Shown one piece after another: positions 8,917 through 17,692 of a stretch of 64,000 nucleotides of DNA; position 1 is the first letter of the stretch, and every line of letters starts with the position of its first letter. Under the pieces are notes generated by a model, which was given only the letters and a program-made list of their open reading frames with translations, was not told the origin of the DNA and ran no database searches. The stretch is from positions 17,384 through 81,383 of IMG/VR virus record IMGVR_UViG_3300045988_118801; one strand, 5' to 3'. The position numbers were made by a program, and so were the translations under genes. This DNA comes from a virus.

Positions 8917-9338
8917 AGCTCTTTAATTTCTAAGTCTGACTTTGTGATGAACCTTATTCCATTCTGTAACTCGTGAAGATATTGAAAATAAAAATTTCCT
9001 GCATTATATTCCCCGTTAATATCTATCTCACAAAACAATTTTCTTTTCGTCTTACAAATGGAAACATAATAATCATCGGTTTCTTTATTGTAAACCGTAT
9101 ATCCTTCTTCGTTTAGATAGTCAGAAGATTCAAAACCTATCTTCAATAACAATTCTTCCGTCACCTCTATCGGCATCATGTCTTTTTCATAACCATCAAA
9201 CACATCTCCTTCGTTATTGGAAAAATCAAGATAGCAATAATCCTCTCCGACAGATACAACTTTCATTGGAAATTTACTTCTTTCGCTTTCGTAAACCCAA
9301 TCTCCTATCATCAAATCTTTGTAGTTTATCATAATCAA
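8913..9338 (-). CDS. Hypothetical protein
   Basis: ORF track. The likely ATG is at 9332; the track start at 9338 is a TTG. Confidence 0.5.
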   Translation of the reverse strand: MIMINYKDLMIGDWVYESERSKFPMKVVSVGEDYCYLDFSNNEGDVFDGYEKDMMPIEVTEELLLKIGFESSDYLNEEGYTVYNKETDDYYVSICKTKRKLFCEIDINGEYNAGNFYFQYLHELQNGIRFITKSDLEIKEL

Positions 9339-9484
9339 TCTTCTTTAGTTGTTATATACTCTTTTTCAAAATCGGATTTCTTACATCTCAGCATGTATTC
9401 GGGAGTACGACAACTGCCATAACAATACCTTTCGTGTATATTATAAATCCCTAAAGAATCAAATACATCTTTGTTTTCTTTGTA

Positions 9485-9682
9485 TTATCTATTTGATACA
9501 TTTATTGTGATAGTATCACCCGCTCCCATTAAGCCGTTTATTCCGATTTGGTATATTTTCCCTTTCTTTGAAAGGTTTGTTTTCTGCCCACTCCATCTGC
9601 CTCTAGCTGGCTGATAATACAAACCAGTAGGCTTGTGCTTTAATTTGTATATTTCCATAATCTCATTATTTATCTTCAACAA
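9485..9682 (-). CDS. Small hypothetical protein; the frame continues in phase beyond its TAA (see findings)
   Basis: ORF track. The 49 codons downstream (9484-9339) are in the same frame and lack a start codon. Confidence 0.45.
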   Translation of the reverse strand: MLKINNEIMEIYKLKHKPTGLYYQPARGRWSGQKTNLSKKGKIYQIGINGLMGAGDTITINVSNR

Positions 9683-9926
9683 CCATTTCCAAATGTTTAG
9701 TATCAGACCAAATCCATTTGCGGTCTGTATTGTATATGCTACATAAATTCGCCCTTATTCGTCTTTTATCGTATACCAATCTGCGTATATAATAGCACCT
9801 GTCCCATTTAGTGCTATAAACCATGATGTCGTTATTCACAAAGTCATTCGCCTCTTCTATGTATTCGTCCCAATCTATTTTGCGGGTTTTATACTTTGTT
9901 CCGTTGTAAATCCATTTCATAATCAA
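9666..9926 (-). CDS. Hypothetical protein
   Basis: ORF track; overlapping operon arrangement. Confidence 0.45.
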   Translation of the reverse strand: MIMKWIYNGTKYKTRKIDWDEYIEEANDFVNNDIMVYSTKWDRCYYIRRLVYDKRRIRANLCSIYNTDRKWIWSDTKHLEMVVEDK

Positions 9927-10105
9927 ATAAGTTTTAGTGATTCAAGTATTCCTGCGTTTAAATATTGTTCATATATCTCGTAATACTCTTTTGATTTTCT
10001 CCATTTTAAAGGTTTTTCCAAAAAGTCAAAGTAAGTAGCAATTCTGTATTCATATTCTATAATTTCGTACTTACGGCTGTAATGTGGTGATACAGCAACA
10101 TTCAC
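9923..10105 (-). CDS. Hypothetical protein
   Basis: ORF track; 4-nt overlap with the downstream gene. Confidence 0.4.
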   Translation of the reverse strand: MNVAVSPHYSRKYEIIEYEYRIATYFDFLEKPLKWRKSKEYYEIYEQYLNAGILESLKLI

Positions 10106-10129
10106 AATCCCAAATGGTGTTTACTTAAT

Positions 10130-10351
10130 TTATTGTGGTAATTGTGGTTGTGTGGTAGGTGTAGTATCTTCTAAATAAGATTTAGCTGCATCTTTTGTTA
10201 AAACTTTATAGACATGCTTCTCAAACTCCTCATGTGTCATGGGAAGCATTTCTATCATGCCTTTGAAAGCAAACCGATGTTTATTTACATACATCTCAAT
10301 TCCTTTACATACGCATTTTGCAATGTAGTTTTTCAAACTTTCCATATTCAT
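10130..10351 (-). CDS. Hypothetical protein
   Basis: ORF track. Confidence 0.45.
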   Translation of the reverse strand: MNMESLKNYIAKCVCKGIEMYVNKHRFAFKGMIEMLPMTHEEFEKHVYKVLTKDAAKSYLEDTTPTTQPQLPQ

Positions 10352-10385
10352 ATCATTTAAGTGTTGTTTCGTATATAACTGCCTT

Positions 10386-10874
10386 TTATAAATTATTTCT
10401 TCGTGCGTATTCAGCTATTAATAATCCATCTCTATCAGGATGTTTTACTCCTTCAAATTGCGGAAATAGCCTATTGCCAATATCCAAAGACGCTTTCTTT
10501 AATTCTTCTCCACGGCAACCTTTGGGGAGCATTGCTTTTTGCCATTCCTTAGAATCTATGAACATGTGCTTGCAACCAAGCAATTCTATCATTATCAATT
10601 CCGCTTCGTGGCAACGTAATGCTGATGCAGTAGCAACAAATCTTGTCGGATTCACCATAGCTCGTTCCATTACTACACAAACATTGTTTTTATTCAGTCC
10701 GCTAAATAATTCCATAAACTTTGAATAGTCAAGTCTTGTAATTATTTTCTTATCTTTCGTATAGTCTTGCTCTTTCTTGACAGGTGTCTTAACAAACACA
10801 GGGTCTATACCTTCACCAACAATACCTATTGTTCCGCTAATGCCATTATCTATTCCAACGTAAACCTTACTCAT
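10386..10874 (-). CDS. RuvC-like Holliday junction resolvase
   Basis: Reading from the ATG at 10874: MSKVYVGIDNGISGTIGIV, then ERAMVNP, then a C-terminal HPDRDGLLIAEYA. This is an RNase H-fold acidic-residue pattern. Confidence 0.6.
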   Translation of the reverse strand: MSKVYVGIDNGISGTIGIVGEGIDPVFVKTPVKKEQDYTKDKKIITRLDYSKFMELFSGLNKNNVCVVMERAMVNPTRFVATASALRCHEAELIMIELLGCKHMFIDSKEWQKAMLPKGCRGEELKKASLDIGNRLFPQFEGVKHPDRDGLLIAEYARRNNL

Positions 10875-11259
10875 TCTTATTTCCCTCCTTTCCGACTTTA
10901 ATATGCAAGAAATCAAGATTTGTCATTTGAGGATATACTCTGTACCACTTTTTCAAGAAAGTCCAAGCATCAAGGTTATAAAGACGCTTTATATCTTCTT
11001 CAAGTAGCACAATATTCTTATCTTCCCAGCTTACAACCTTTGCAGTTATCTTGTCGGCAAATAATAAGTATTTGTCGCCTTTAGACAACACAAATCCGCA
11101 GTTGTTCTGTATAGCAAGCAAGGGAACAATTACCTCCTGACTGAATCTGTGTGCTATCTTGTATGTATTTTCACTGTTATTATCCATAGACATATCTGTT
11201 ATATCGAAAACTCCCAATCTGTTTAACAATCGGATTGCTTCACCTAGCGTTTGTGCCAT
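10867..11259 (-). CDS. Hypothetical protein
   Basis: ORF track; overlaps neighbours at both ends. Confidence 0.5.
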   Translation of the reverse strand: MAQTLGEAIRLLNRLGVFDITDMSMDNNSENTYKIAHRFSQEVIVPLLAIQNNCGFVLSKGDKYLLFADKITAKVVSWEDKNIVLLEEDIKRLYNLDAWTFLKKWYRVYPQMTNLDFLHIKVGKEGNKNE

Positions 11260-11979
11260 TAGAAATCTTCTGAATTAAGTTCAACTTTTACGTTTTTATC
11301 CGCTATAATCGGTCTTATCCCAACTTCTTCAAATACCATTTTCTGAAATAGCTTTTCGTCACTTTGTCCGTCAGATAAATGTACAAGCATCAAAGTTCTA
11401 AGTTCGGGATTCATGTTTCTCTTGATAGCTTCTATTGTCTGATTTATCTCCATGTGATACTCGTTATGAGAACGTATTTCCTGATTCCGGCATAGATTGT
11501 CTATCATCAAATCCTCGCTATTGTTTGCCTCTATCAGTAAATGATTCAGACCTTTTATCTTATAAGGGAAGCTAACCGCATCCGTGCAAAAGACCAAACT
11601 TCCGAACTCTTTATGAGTGATCAAAAAGGAATAATTCTCACAATTATGCTGAACAGGTAAAGCCATAACCACAAATCCACCAATCTTGTACTGAATTTTA
11701 GGTTTCAATACTTTTACTCCTTTAAAATTATTCGCTACTTCTTGATTTGAGTAGACTGGTATTTGTGATTTTAGTGCGTTAGGAATGTATTTGGAATGGT
11801 CTGACCTACGAATGGGCGTGCGAAATTAACACGCCCAATACTTTTTCTATTTTATAGTCCAACATTTCCAATACCTCATTCCACTTGCAACCTAATTCTA
11901 AGATAAGACTTTCTTTTTCGGTTTGTAGCAAGTAGCAATTTTCTTTGCTACCACTACCAATTACCTTTAGTGTTGCCAT
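11259..11979 (-). pseudogene. MBL-fold hydrolase/nuclease interrupted by a 7-nt insert containing TAG inside the HxHxDH motif
   Basis: From ATG 11979: MATLKVIGSGSKENCYLLQTE...GVLISHAHS, then TAG at 11808-11806. The shifted frame continues SDHSKYIPNALKSQIPVYSNQEV... to 11259. Confidence 0.7.
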
Positions 11980-12072
11980 AATCAATTTTGATTTACATCA
12001 CACCGTCTAAAACAATACATAGCACCAACTCTTTCTTTACGTTCATCAGAAGTTTTTTCTTTCCAATTAAAT

Positions 12073-12420
12073 TTAATCTTCTTCTTCATCATCTAAATAT
12101 TTAAAAAATAAATCTTGTTTATAACACCATGTTTTTATATCCATATCTTTTACAAAATCTTTCCAATTATTGGTATCGTAATAATTAATCTCACTCAATG
12201 TTTTATCGGATTTAATTATTATTAATGTATAATTTTCTATTGGTTTCTTATCTATATCATGCCAAATAGCTTTTATTATCCATTTAGCTCCGTTAGCAAA
12301 ACATCTTAATGAGTTATACCAAGCAAGGCTTATATCACATAATTGACGATGTTCGTCATAATATCAAGAAGCTCCATCATAAATAGTTTCACTATCTATT
12401 GGTTTTACTATTTCTATCAT
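12073..12420 (-). pseudogene. DUF551-like small protein with in-frame TGA at codon 19
   Basis: The ATG at 12420 overlaps the upstream stop (ATGA). TGA is at 12366-12364. The C-terminal GAKWIIKAIWHDIDKKP...KTWCYKQDL is paralogous to 32964..33290. Confidence 0.6.
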
Positions 12421-13288
12421 ATTGTATCTATTTTTAAATGACATTCTTCTCTAAACATTAACTGGTATTTCGGTTTTATTAGATAATAAGCCAATGTTTC
12501 GATGAAATCATTATCATCATTTGTTCTACCTTGTATTTTAAAATGATTAATTCCTAAATTTAGACAAGTATTAATCATATCGTTTGTTACAACTTGTGGA
12601 GCATCTAATATCTCATAAAGATGTCCTTTACCGCAATAACTCTCATGGGGACATTTAAATGTAATACCATCACCATTTATATTTAAACGAGATATATACT
12701 CATAATGGTTCTTTCTTGATTTACAATCGTTAGGACAAATTGTATTAACAATTATTTCAAGTTTATTACGAGTATGCTCAGGGAATAATGATATGGTTTC
12801 CCAATCATTTATCATGCTTTTACTTAACACTATGCGTTTATATTGGTCTGTCTTTTTAATTATAGTTTCAAAATCAATACAAGCAGTGGTTGACAATATT
12901 AATTGCCCTCTCCTTACACACTGTGTCCCTAACCATTCTTCTATATCAGAATTTGCTACACAAAAAAAGGTTTATTTTTATTAAAAACTTCAACAACTTT
13001 TGATGCGAATTTATCAGGGAATTGTGATTTGTCCATAAACAAGTTGCTCATAATTATTGTCGGTTGAATGTTATGCTCAATACAAAAATCGCTAACCTCC
13101 TCCTCGTTATAAAAATTTCCACTATTTCTTCCTCCGTTTGCTATACCACCATTAGAACCATAAAAAGAAGATATAACTACATTGTCCTTAAAAATGTAAG
13201 GGAATTTTTCTTTTAACAAAACAACTCGTTTCATTATATGGAATTTCTCAAACAATCCAGCTATATTAAAATAAGATTTTTGCTCCAT
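12417..13288 (-). CDS. Peptidase-U32-family-like Fe-S protein encoded by two ORFs joined by a -1 shift at a U7 run
   Basis: ORFs 12956..13288 and 12417..12896. The -1 frame is open from 12971 and continuous into the second ORF. Motifs LEIIVNTICPNDC and GINHFKIQGRT recall the U32 signature and its LKIEGR box. Confidence 0.45.
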
Positions 13289-13333
13289 AGTTCATAAAAT
13301 TATGGTAGCACCCGAAGATGCTACCGTGGTTAT

Positions 13334-14170
13334 TTAAAATTCAGGTTCGTTCTTCTTTTCTTCGGCTGGCTTTAAAACCTCACCCGTCTGAACGTCTACA
13401 ACTTCTCCTTCCTCTGTTTTGATTTCTTCGGCTTCTGCGTCAATTACCTCTTTATCATTGTAGTTTGGTTTAGCATTTCCTAAATCTTTAGTGTCGCCAC
13501 TAAACGATGCTTGGTCTGATTCGATAGCTGTGATAAACTCAATACTCTTAGGCGCATACTTTTTCAAAAGATATTTAAGCACTGTTTTTAGAGCCATGCT
13601 GTTAAAATCCTCACACCAAAGTCCAAAACTACGTTTGTATGTCTGTGAAAATCTCAATGCGTGCTTTTTAACTTCTTCAATAGTCCAATAAACGGTCTTT
13701 TGATAACCATTTGTCAGCTTAAATGATGCCATATAACCAATGATTTCATCAGATTCACGTTTATCCTCGTCAAAGATGTATTCTCCTGTAAAGCGGTTTT
13801 TCTTGACTAATTCACCTTTATACACTGGCTCATTTGCAATGTAAACAAACTGTCCTGTACGCAAACACAAATCCATCCAACCATCTCGCATGATTTGGAA
13901 TGTCGCAGTAGTTTTCTTTGTTTTACCGTCCTTAAATGGGATAATAGCCGACAACCCCAAGTTTGGATTGATAGGTAAATCAAGTGCTGCTGCTTGTCCT
14001 GCCGCAAGAATAATGCTATTTGTATCCGCTTCTTGAAGAAGTTTGTTATTTTGGTACACATTCATAATACTTGTTAAGAACCCTGCTGATTTCTTACCTA
14101 ACATATCAGCAAATCTTTTCTGAATTGAATCAGTCGCTAATGCTTGTTTTAATGTTAATTCGTTTGCCAT
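13334..14170 (-). CDS. recT: RecT-family single-strand annealing recombinase
   Basis: SIILAAGQAAALDLPINPNLGLSAIIPF, YQKTVYWTIEEVKKHA and an acidic C-terminal tail fit the RecT pattern. Confidence 0.85.
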   Translation of the reverse strand: MANELTLKQALATDSIQKRFADMLGKKSAGFLTSIMNVYQNNKLLQEADTNSIILAAGQAAALDLPINPNLGLSAIIPFKDGKTKKTTATFQIMRDGWMDLCLRTGQFVYIANEPVYKGELVKKNRFTGEYIFDEDKRESDEIIGYMASFKLTNGYQKTVYWTIEEVKKHALRFSQTYKRSFGLWCEDFNSMALKTVLKYLLKKYAPKSIEFITAIESDQASFSGDTKDLGNAKPNYNDKEVIDAEAEEIKTEEGEVVDVQTGEVLKPAEEKKNEPEF

Positions 14171-14207
14171 AATAAATACTTTTATTCTTTATAAAGTTAC
14201 AAAATAT

Positions 14208-14630
14208 TTAGATTAAATCCAAAATTTTTGTCCGATTTATTCCAATCATTCCCATGTTATACCCTTGTTTCAGGTAATCTTCCATAATCTTTGTTGCTTC
14301 CTTTACATCGGTTGCACAAACAAGAACGGCAGATTTCTGTTCCTTTTCTTCACCTGCATCGTCAATATAAATATCCACGATTGTAGCTTTGAAGAAAGGT
14401 TTGTCTTCTGTTTTGGTGTTTACAATTTCTTTAATTTTAGAAACTACGATGCTATAAACATCGCATTTATTATTGTAAAGTTCATTTGCCTTGTAGTATG
14501 CTTCCAAAGCATTTTCACATTCACAGATATAGTGTTCGTTTACTTGTTTCAATTCACAAGCTGTTCCTCCTGCTTTTGAAGGTTTGCAGGGAACTTCTTT
14601 TTCTACTGATAGTTTTACTTCAAAATACAT
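14208..14630 (-). CDS. DUF4494-like protein
   Basis: An MYFEVKL start and the overall pattern recall DUF4494. Weak; from memory. Confidence 0.4.
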   Translation of the reverse strand: MYFEVKLSVEKEVPCKPSKAGGTACELKQVNEHYICECENALEAYYKANELYNNKCDVYSIVVSKIKEIVNTKTEDKPFFKATIVDIYIDDAGEEKEQKSAVLVCATDVKEATKIMEDYLKQGYNMGMIGINRTKILDLI

Positions 14631-14642
14631 AGTTATTTCTCC

Positions 14643-15023
14643 TTACTTATTGTCTCTATTCGCTTCCAAAATAGGAAGATTTGCTTCTGTCGGAATATAA
14701 ATCACGGTTTTATCGTTCAAACCACTTTGCTGGCGCACCCAAAGATACTGAATGTATTCTGGTGTCAAACTTCCGTTTTCAATCTTAATTGCCTCTGCTG
14801 CACCTTTGGCACGTTCAATTTCAGCTTGTGCATTTAATTTCTCTGCTTCAAGGTTTGCTTTGGCTTCTTCGATTTTGATGCGTCTATTCTGCTCGGCTTC
14901 TGCAAATTGAGCCTTACCGTTTTGTTCAGCTTTCCAAACTTTATATTTAGGATAGCCAAACATAAAACCTGATACAACGCATAAAAATGCTACTACTGAA
15001 ATTACGATTTCTTTTACATTCAT
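14643..15023 (-). CDS. Membrane-anchored coiled-coil protein (SPFH/HflC C-terminal-like)
   Basis: N-terminal TM helix, AEAE/KA-rich coiled coil, and a TVIYIPTEANLPILEA tail. Start taken at ATG 15023. Confidence 0.45.
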   Translation of the reverse strand: MNVKEIVISVVAFLCVVSGFMFGYPKYKVWKAEQNGKAQFAEAEQNRRIKIEEAKANLEAEKLNAQAEIERAKGAAEAIKIENGSLTPEYIQYLWVRQQSGLNDKTVIYIPTEANLPILEANRDNK

Positions 15024-15039
15024 AATGATGTTTTTTTTA

Positions 15040-15312
15040 TTAATATTTATGTTCTTCATATCTCACTGGCTCAAACAATTCCCATCCGCTAAGCCAAACA
15101 GGTACTACAAGTGTTTCAACTCCAATTAAACCCCATACCACATTTTCAAGACAACACTCATAAACAACTCCATCAATTTTACGTGCGTCTGCATTTGCCC
15201 AACCGTAAGGCTCTGCTGTGAATGTTGTTCCGTCTGCTTTCTTGAATGTTTTACTGTCAGCACATGAACTAAGTGTTACCAAAGCTAATAAAATAAACAG
15301 AATTTTTTTCAT
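15040..15312 (-). CDS. Small lipoprotein
   Basis: Signal peptide with lipobox: MKKILFILLALVTLSSC. Confidence 0.6.
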   Translation of the reverse strand: MKKILFILLALVTLSSCADSKTFKKADGTTFTAEPYGWANADARKIDGVVYECCLENVVWGLIGVETLVVPVWLSGWELFEPVRYEEHKY

Positions 15313-15335
15313 GTTTTTTAAATTTTAGTTATTAC

Positions 15336-15845
15336 TTATTTACTTCTCCCAACTTTCACCGCTTTAATTCGAGGTCTTTTAGGTTTCACGTATTTGATAA
15401 ACTTGATTTTACTGAAACCTTTCATCGGTTTCTGATTTGCTTTAAGAAGCACGTTCTGTAACTTGGTAATTACAAACTCTTCGCTATCTGTCGAACGGAT
15501 AAACATCGGATAGAAGTTTGCTCTCATTGATTTAAAGAAAAGATTTGCCTTTGAAACTTCAATCTCATCGTTCATGTCTACCTGACGGATAACCACGTTT
15601 GCATCAGGAATAAAGATGTCGGTTGTGATTCTGTGTCTTTGTTTTTTACCGTGAATAATCTCACAAAGAGTAAATGGCAATCCCCATTTATGCAATGTTT
15701 CAATTACCTTGTGTGTCTTTTCGTTGAACTTAGCCATGCGTTGAATACGTTTCATCTTATAGGCTTCGTTCTTTGTTTCTTCAAAATTTCCTAAGTTCTT
15801 ATCTTGTGCGTACACAAGTTCTTTTAATTCATTCGGTTCTAACAT
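15336..15845 (-). CDS. Hypothetical protein
   Basis: ORF track. Confidence 0.5.
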   Translation of the reverse strand: MLEPNELKELVYAQDKNLGNFEETKNEAYKMKRIQRMAKFNEKTHKVIETLHKWGLPFTLCEIIHGKKQRHRITTDIFIPDANVVIRQVDMNDEIEVSKANLFFKSMRANFYPMFIRSTDSEEFVITKLQNVLLKANQKPMKGFSKIKFIKYVKPKRPRIKAVKVGRSK

Positions 15846-15885
15846 AATCTTATTTATTTTACGATGTTGTACTTCAATATTTTTT

Positions 15886-16794
15886 CTATTTTCCCACTTG
15901 ATTATATTTGATTATTATCAATTTAATTTTGTTCTTCTTGCAATACTCTTTTAATCTTTTATCTCTTTCTACTTGTACCTTAAAATCATCTTCACTTTTA
16001 TGGAAATAAGAGTTAAACTCGTAATGCTGTATACCATTAAATTCGATGAATGTATTATGTTGTGGTAGAAAGAAATCAACCCTTAAAGAATTACGAGAAA
16101 ACAAATAACGTTCTAATGTTATTCTATATTGTCTTTTATATTCAATGTCGTTATTTTTTAAATATTCTTTTATTTTTAATTCTCCTTTTGAGGATTTACA
16201 TATAGGGCATCCGTGACCACTTAAATGAGCGTTTGGCTTCTGCTCAAATTCGCCATGTTTGGGGCATAAAATAATCACGTTAGTCCAACTATTTACATAC
16301 TTAACACGACTATAATCATAAGTATCGCCATGAATAGATTTCGCTTTTTCTATAAACCAATCTGTGTTTTTTGAATATAACTCCGAAACTTTTTCTCTTC
16401 CACATAAAAAGCAGCCTTGACCTCTCAAGTGATTATTAGGCGTTTGAAAAAAATCACAATTATGTTTTTTACATATAATACATACTTTAGTTGAACTATC
16501 TATGTATTTAACTTTTGAATAGTCATATTTATCACCATGAATTTTTTGTGCCCTACTTATAAATTCACTACAAGACATTCTTTGAGAATCTGCTATCTTT
16601 TTTCTTTTACAAAATCTACAACCATGACCAATCAAATGTTTTATAGGTTTTTGAGAAAAAACTCTTCCACACTTTTTGCATATTATCAAAACCTCTGTAG
16701 AATTATTAATATAATTCACTAAAGTGTAATCATAATTGCCTCCATGTATTTTTATAGCTTTTTCAACAAACTCTTCCTTTGTTAATCTCTTCAT
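15886..16794 (-). CDS. Triple zinc-ribbon repeat protein with C-terminal Vsr/DUF559-like PD-(D/E)xK nuclease fold (homing-endonuclease-like)
   Basis: Three repeats of G..YDYS.V.Y......V...C..H..F.Q.P..HL.G.GC..C, then RVDFFLPQHNTFIEFNGIQHY...ERDKRLKEYC. Confidence 0.55.
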   Translation of the reverse strand: MKRLTKEEFVEKAIKIHGGNYDYTLVNYINNSTEVLIICKKCGRVFSQKPIKHLIGHGCRFCKRKKIADSQRMSCSEFISRAQKIHGDKYDYSKVKYIDSSTKVCIICKKHNCDFFQTPNNHLRGQGCFLCGREKVSELYSKNTDWFIEKAKSIHGDTYDYSRVKYVNSWTNVIILCPKHGEFEQKPNAHLSGHGCPICKSSKGELKIKEYLKNNDIEYKRQYRITLERYLFSRNSLRVDFFLPQHNTFIEFNGIQHYEFNSYFHKSEDDFKVQVERDKRLKEYCKKNKIKLIIIKYNQVGK

Positions 16795-16929
16795 TATAAT
16801 ACAAGATTTATAAAAAAGTTATACCCTACCACTTTCGTTTTTCTGTTGCGCATTCCACCACTCTTTCGACTTAATACGAACCTTATCTCCTACTTTATAT
16901 TTCATAAGTTATTGATTATTAATTAGTTA

Positions 16930-17316
16930 TCAGAACGGCAAATCCGATACATCATCACCATTTACTTTTTGTTCACTCGCTTTAGGCACATCACTACTAC
17001 TCTGCGCAGCTACTTGCGACTGACCACCTTCCGAACGCTTGAATACAGACCAAACACGGATAGTATTGTACCATCTTCCTTGAAACTCACGAGCATCGAA
17101 GTTATACATAATATCCACCTCGTCATTCATCTGAATGTTGAACTGCTGGATTTTCTCCGTACCGAAAACTTCAAAGCATACTTTCTGAGGATATGAATCA
17201 TGTGTTTCAAGCACATATTCCTGAGAAGCCCACGTACCTTTCTGTGAAGTTCCAGTTTTCATTTGCATTACTGCGATAATTCTACCGCTTACTTTCTGTT
17301 TGTTTTCTTCTGCCAT
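16930..17316 (-). CDS. ssb: Single-stranded DNA-binding protein
   Basis: OB-fold-like N-terminus, Q/S-rich linker and an acidic tip DDVSDLPF typical of SSB tails. Confidence 0.8.
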   Translation of the reverse strand: MAEENKQKVSGRIIAVMQMKTGTSQKGTWASQEYVLETHDSYPQKVCFEVFGTEKIQQFNIQMNDEVDIMYNFDAREFQGRWYNTIRVWSVFKRSEGGQSQVAAQSSSDVPKASEQKVNGDDVSDLPF

Positions 17317-17385
17317 ATCTATATGTTTTTAATGGTTTGTTTTCTTGTTACAAAGATAGCAAATTGGTTTGAAGCTTCAAAGTAT

Positions 17386-17685
17386 TTACTTCCAAAATTC
17401 GTACCATTTTTTGCTTTTATATTTTGATAGTTCAGATTCTATTTTAGATATTGTATCTTTTAAGTTTTGTATCACTTCTTTTGCTTCCGATAATTTTTCT
17501 TCACAATCTTTATACCTATTAGTCCAATATATCGTATTGTTAATAGATGCGTTTCTTGATGATTGCAATTCTTCAATTTCCTCTTTTGTATATCCGTATA
17601 GTTCTACAAAACATTTATTCGAATTTTGTATTAATTGGTTATACTCCGACAGAGGCATTGTAATAGTTTTAGTGTTTTGCTCCAT
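17386..17685 (-). CDS. Hypothetical coiled-coil protein
   Basis: ORF track. Confidence 0.45.
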   Translation of the reverse strand: MEQNTKTITMPLSEYNQLIQNSNKCFVELYGYTKEEIEELQSSRNASINNTIYWTNRYKDCEEKLSEAKEVIQNLKDTISKIESELSKYKSKKWYEFWK

Positions 17686-17692
17686 AATATCA

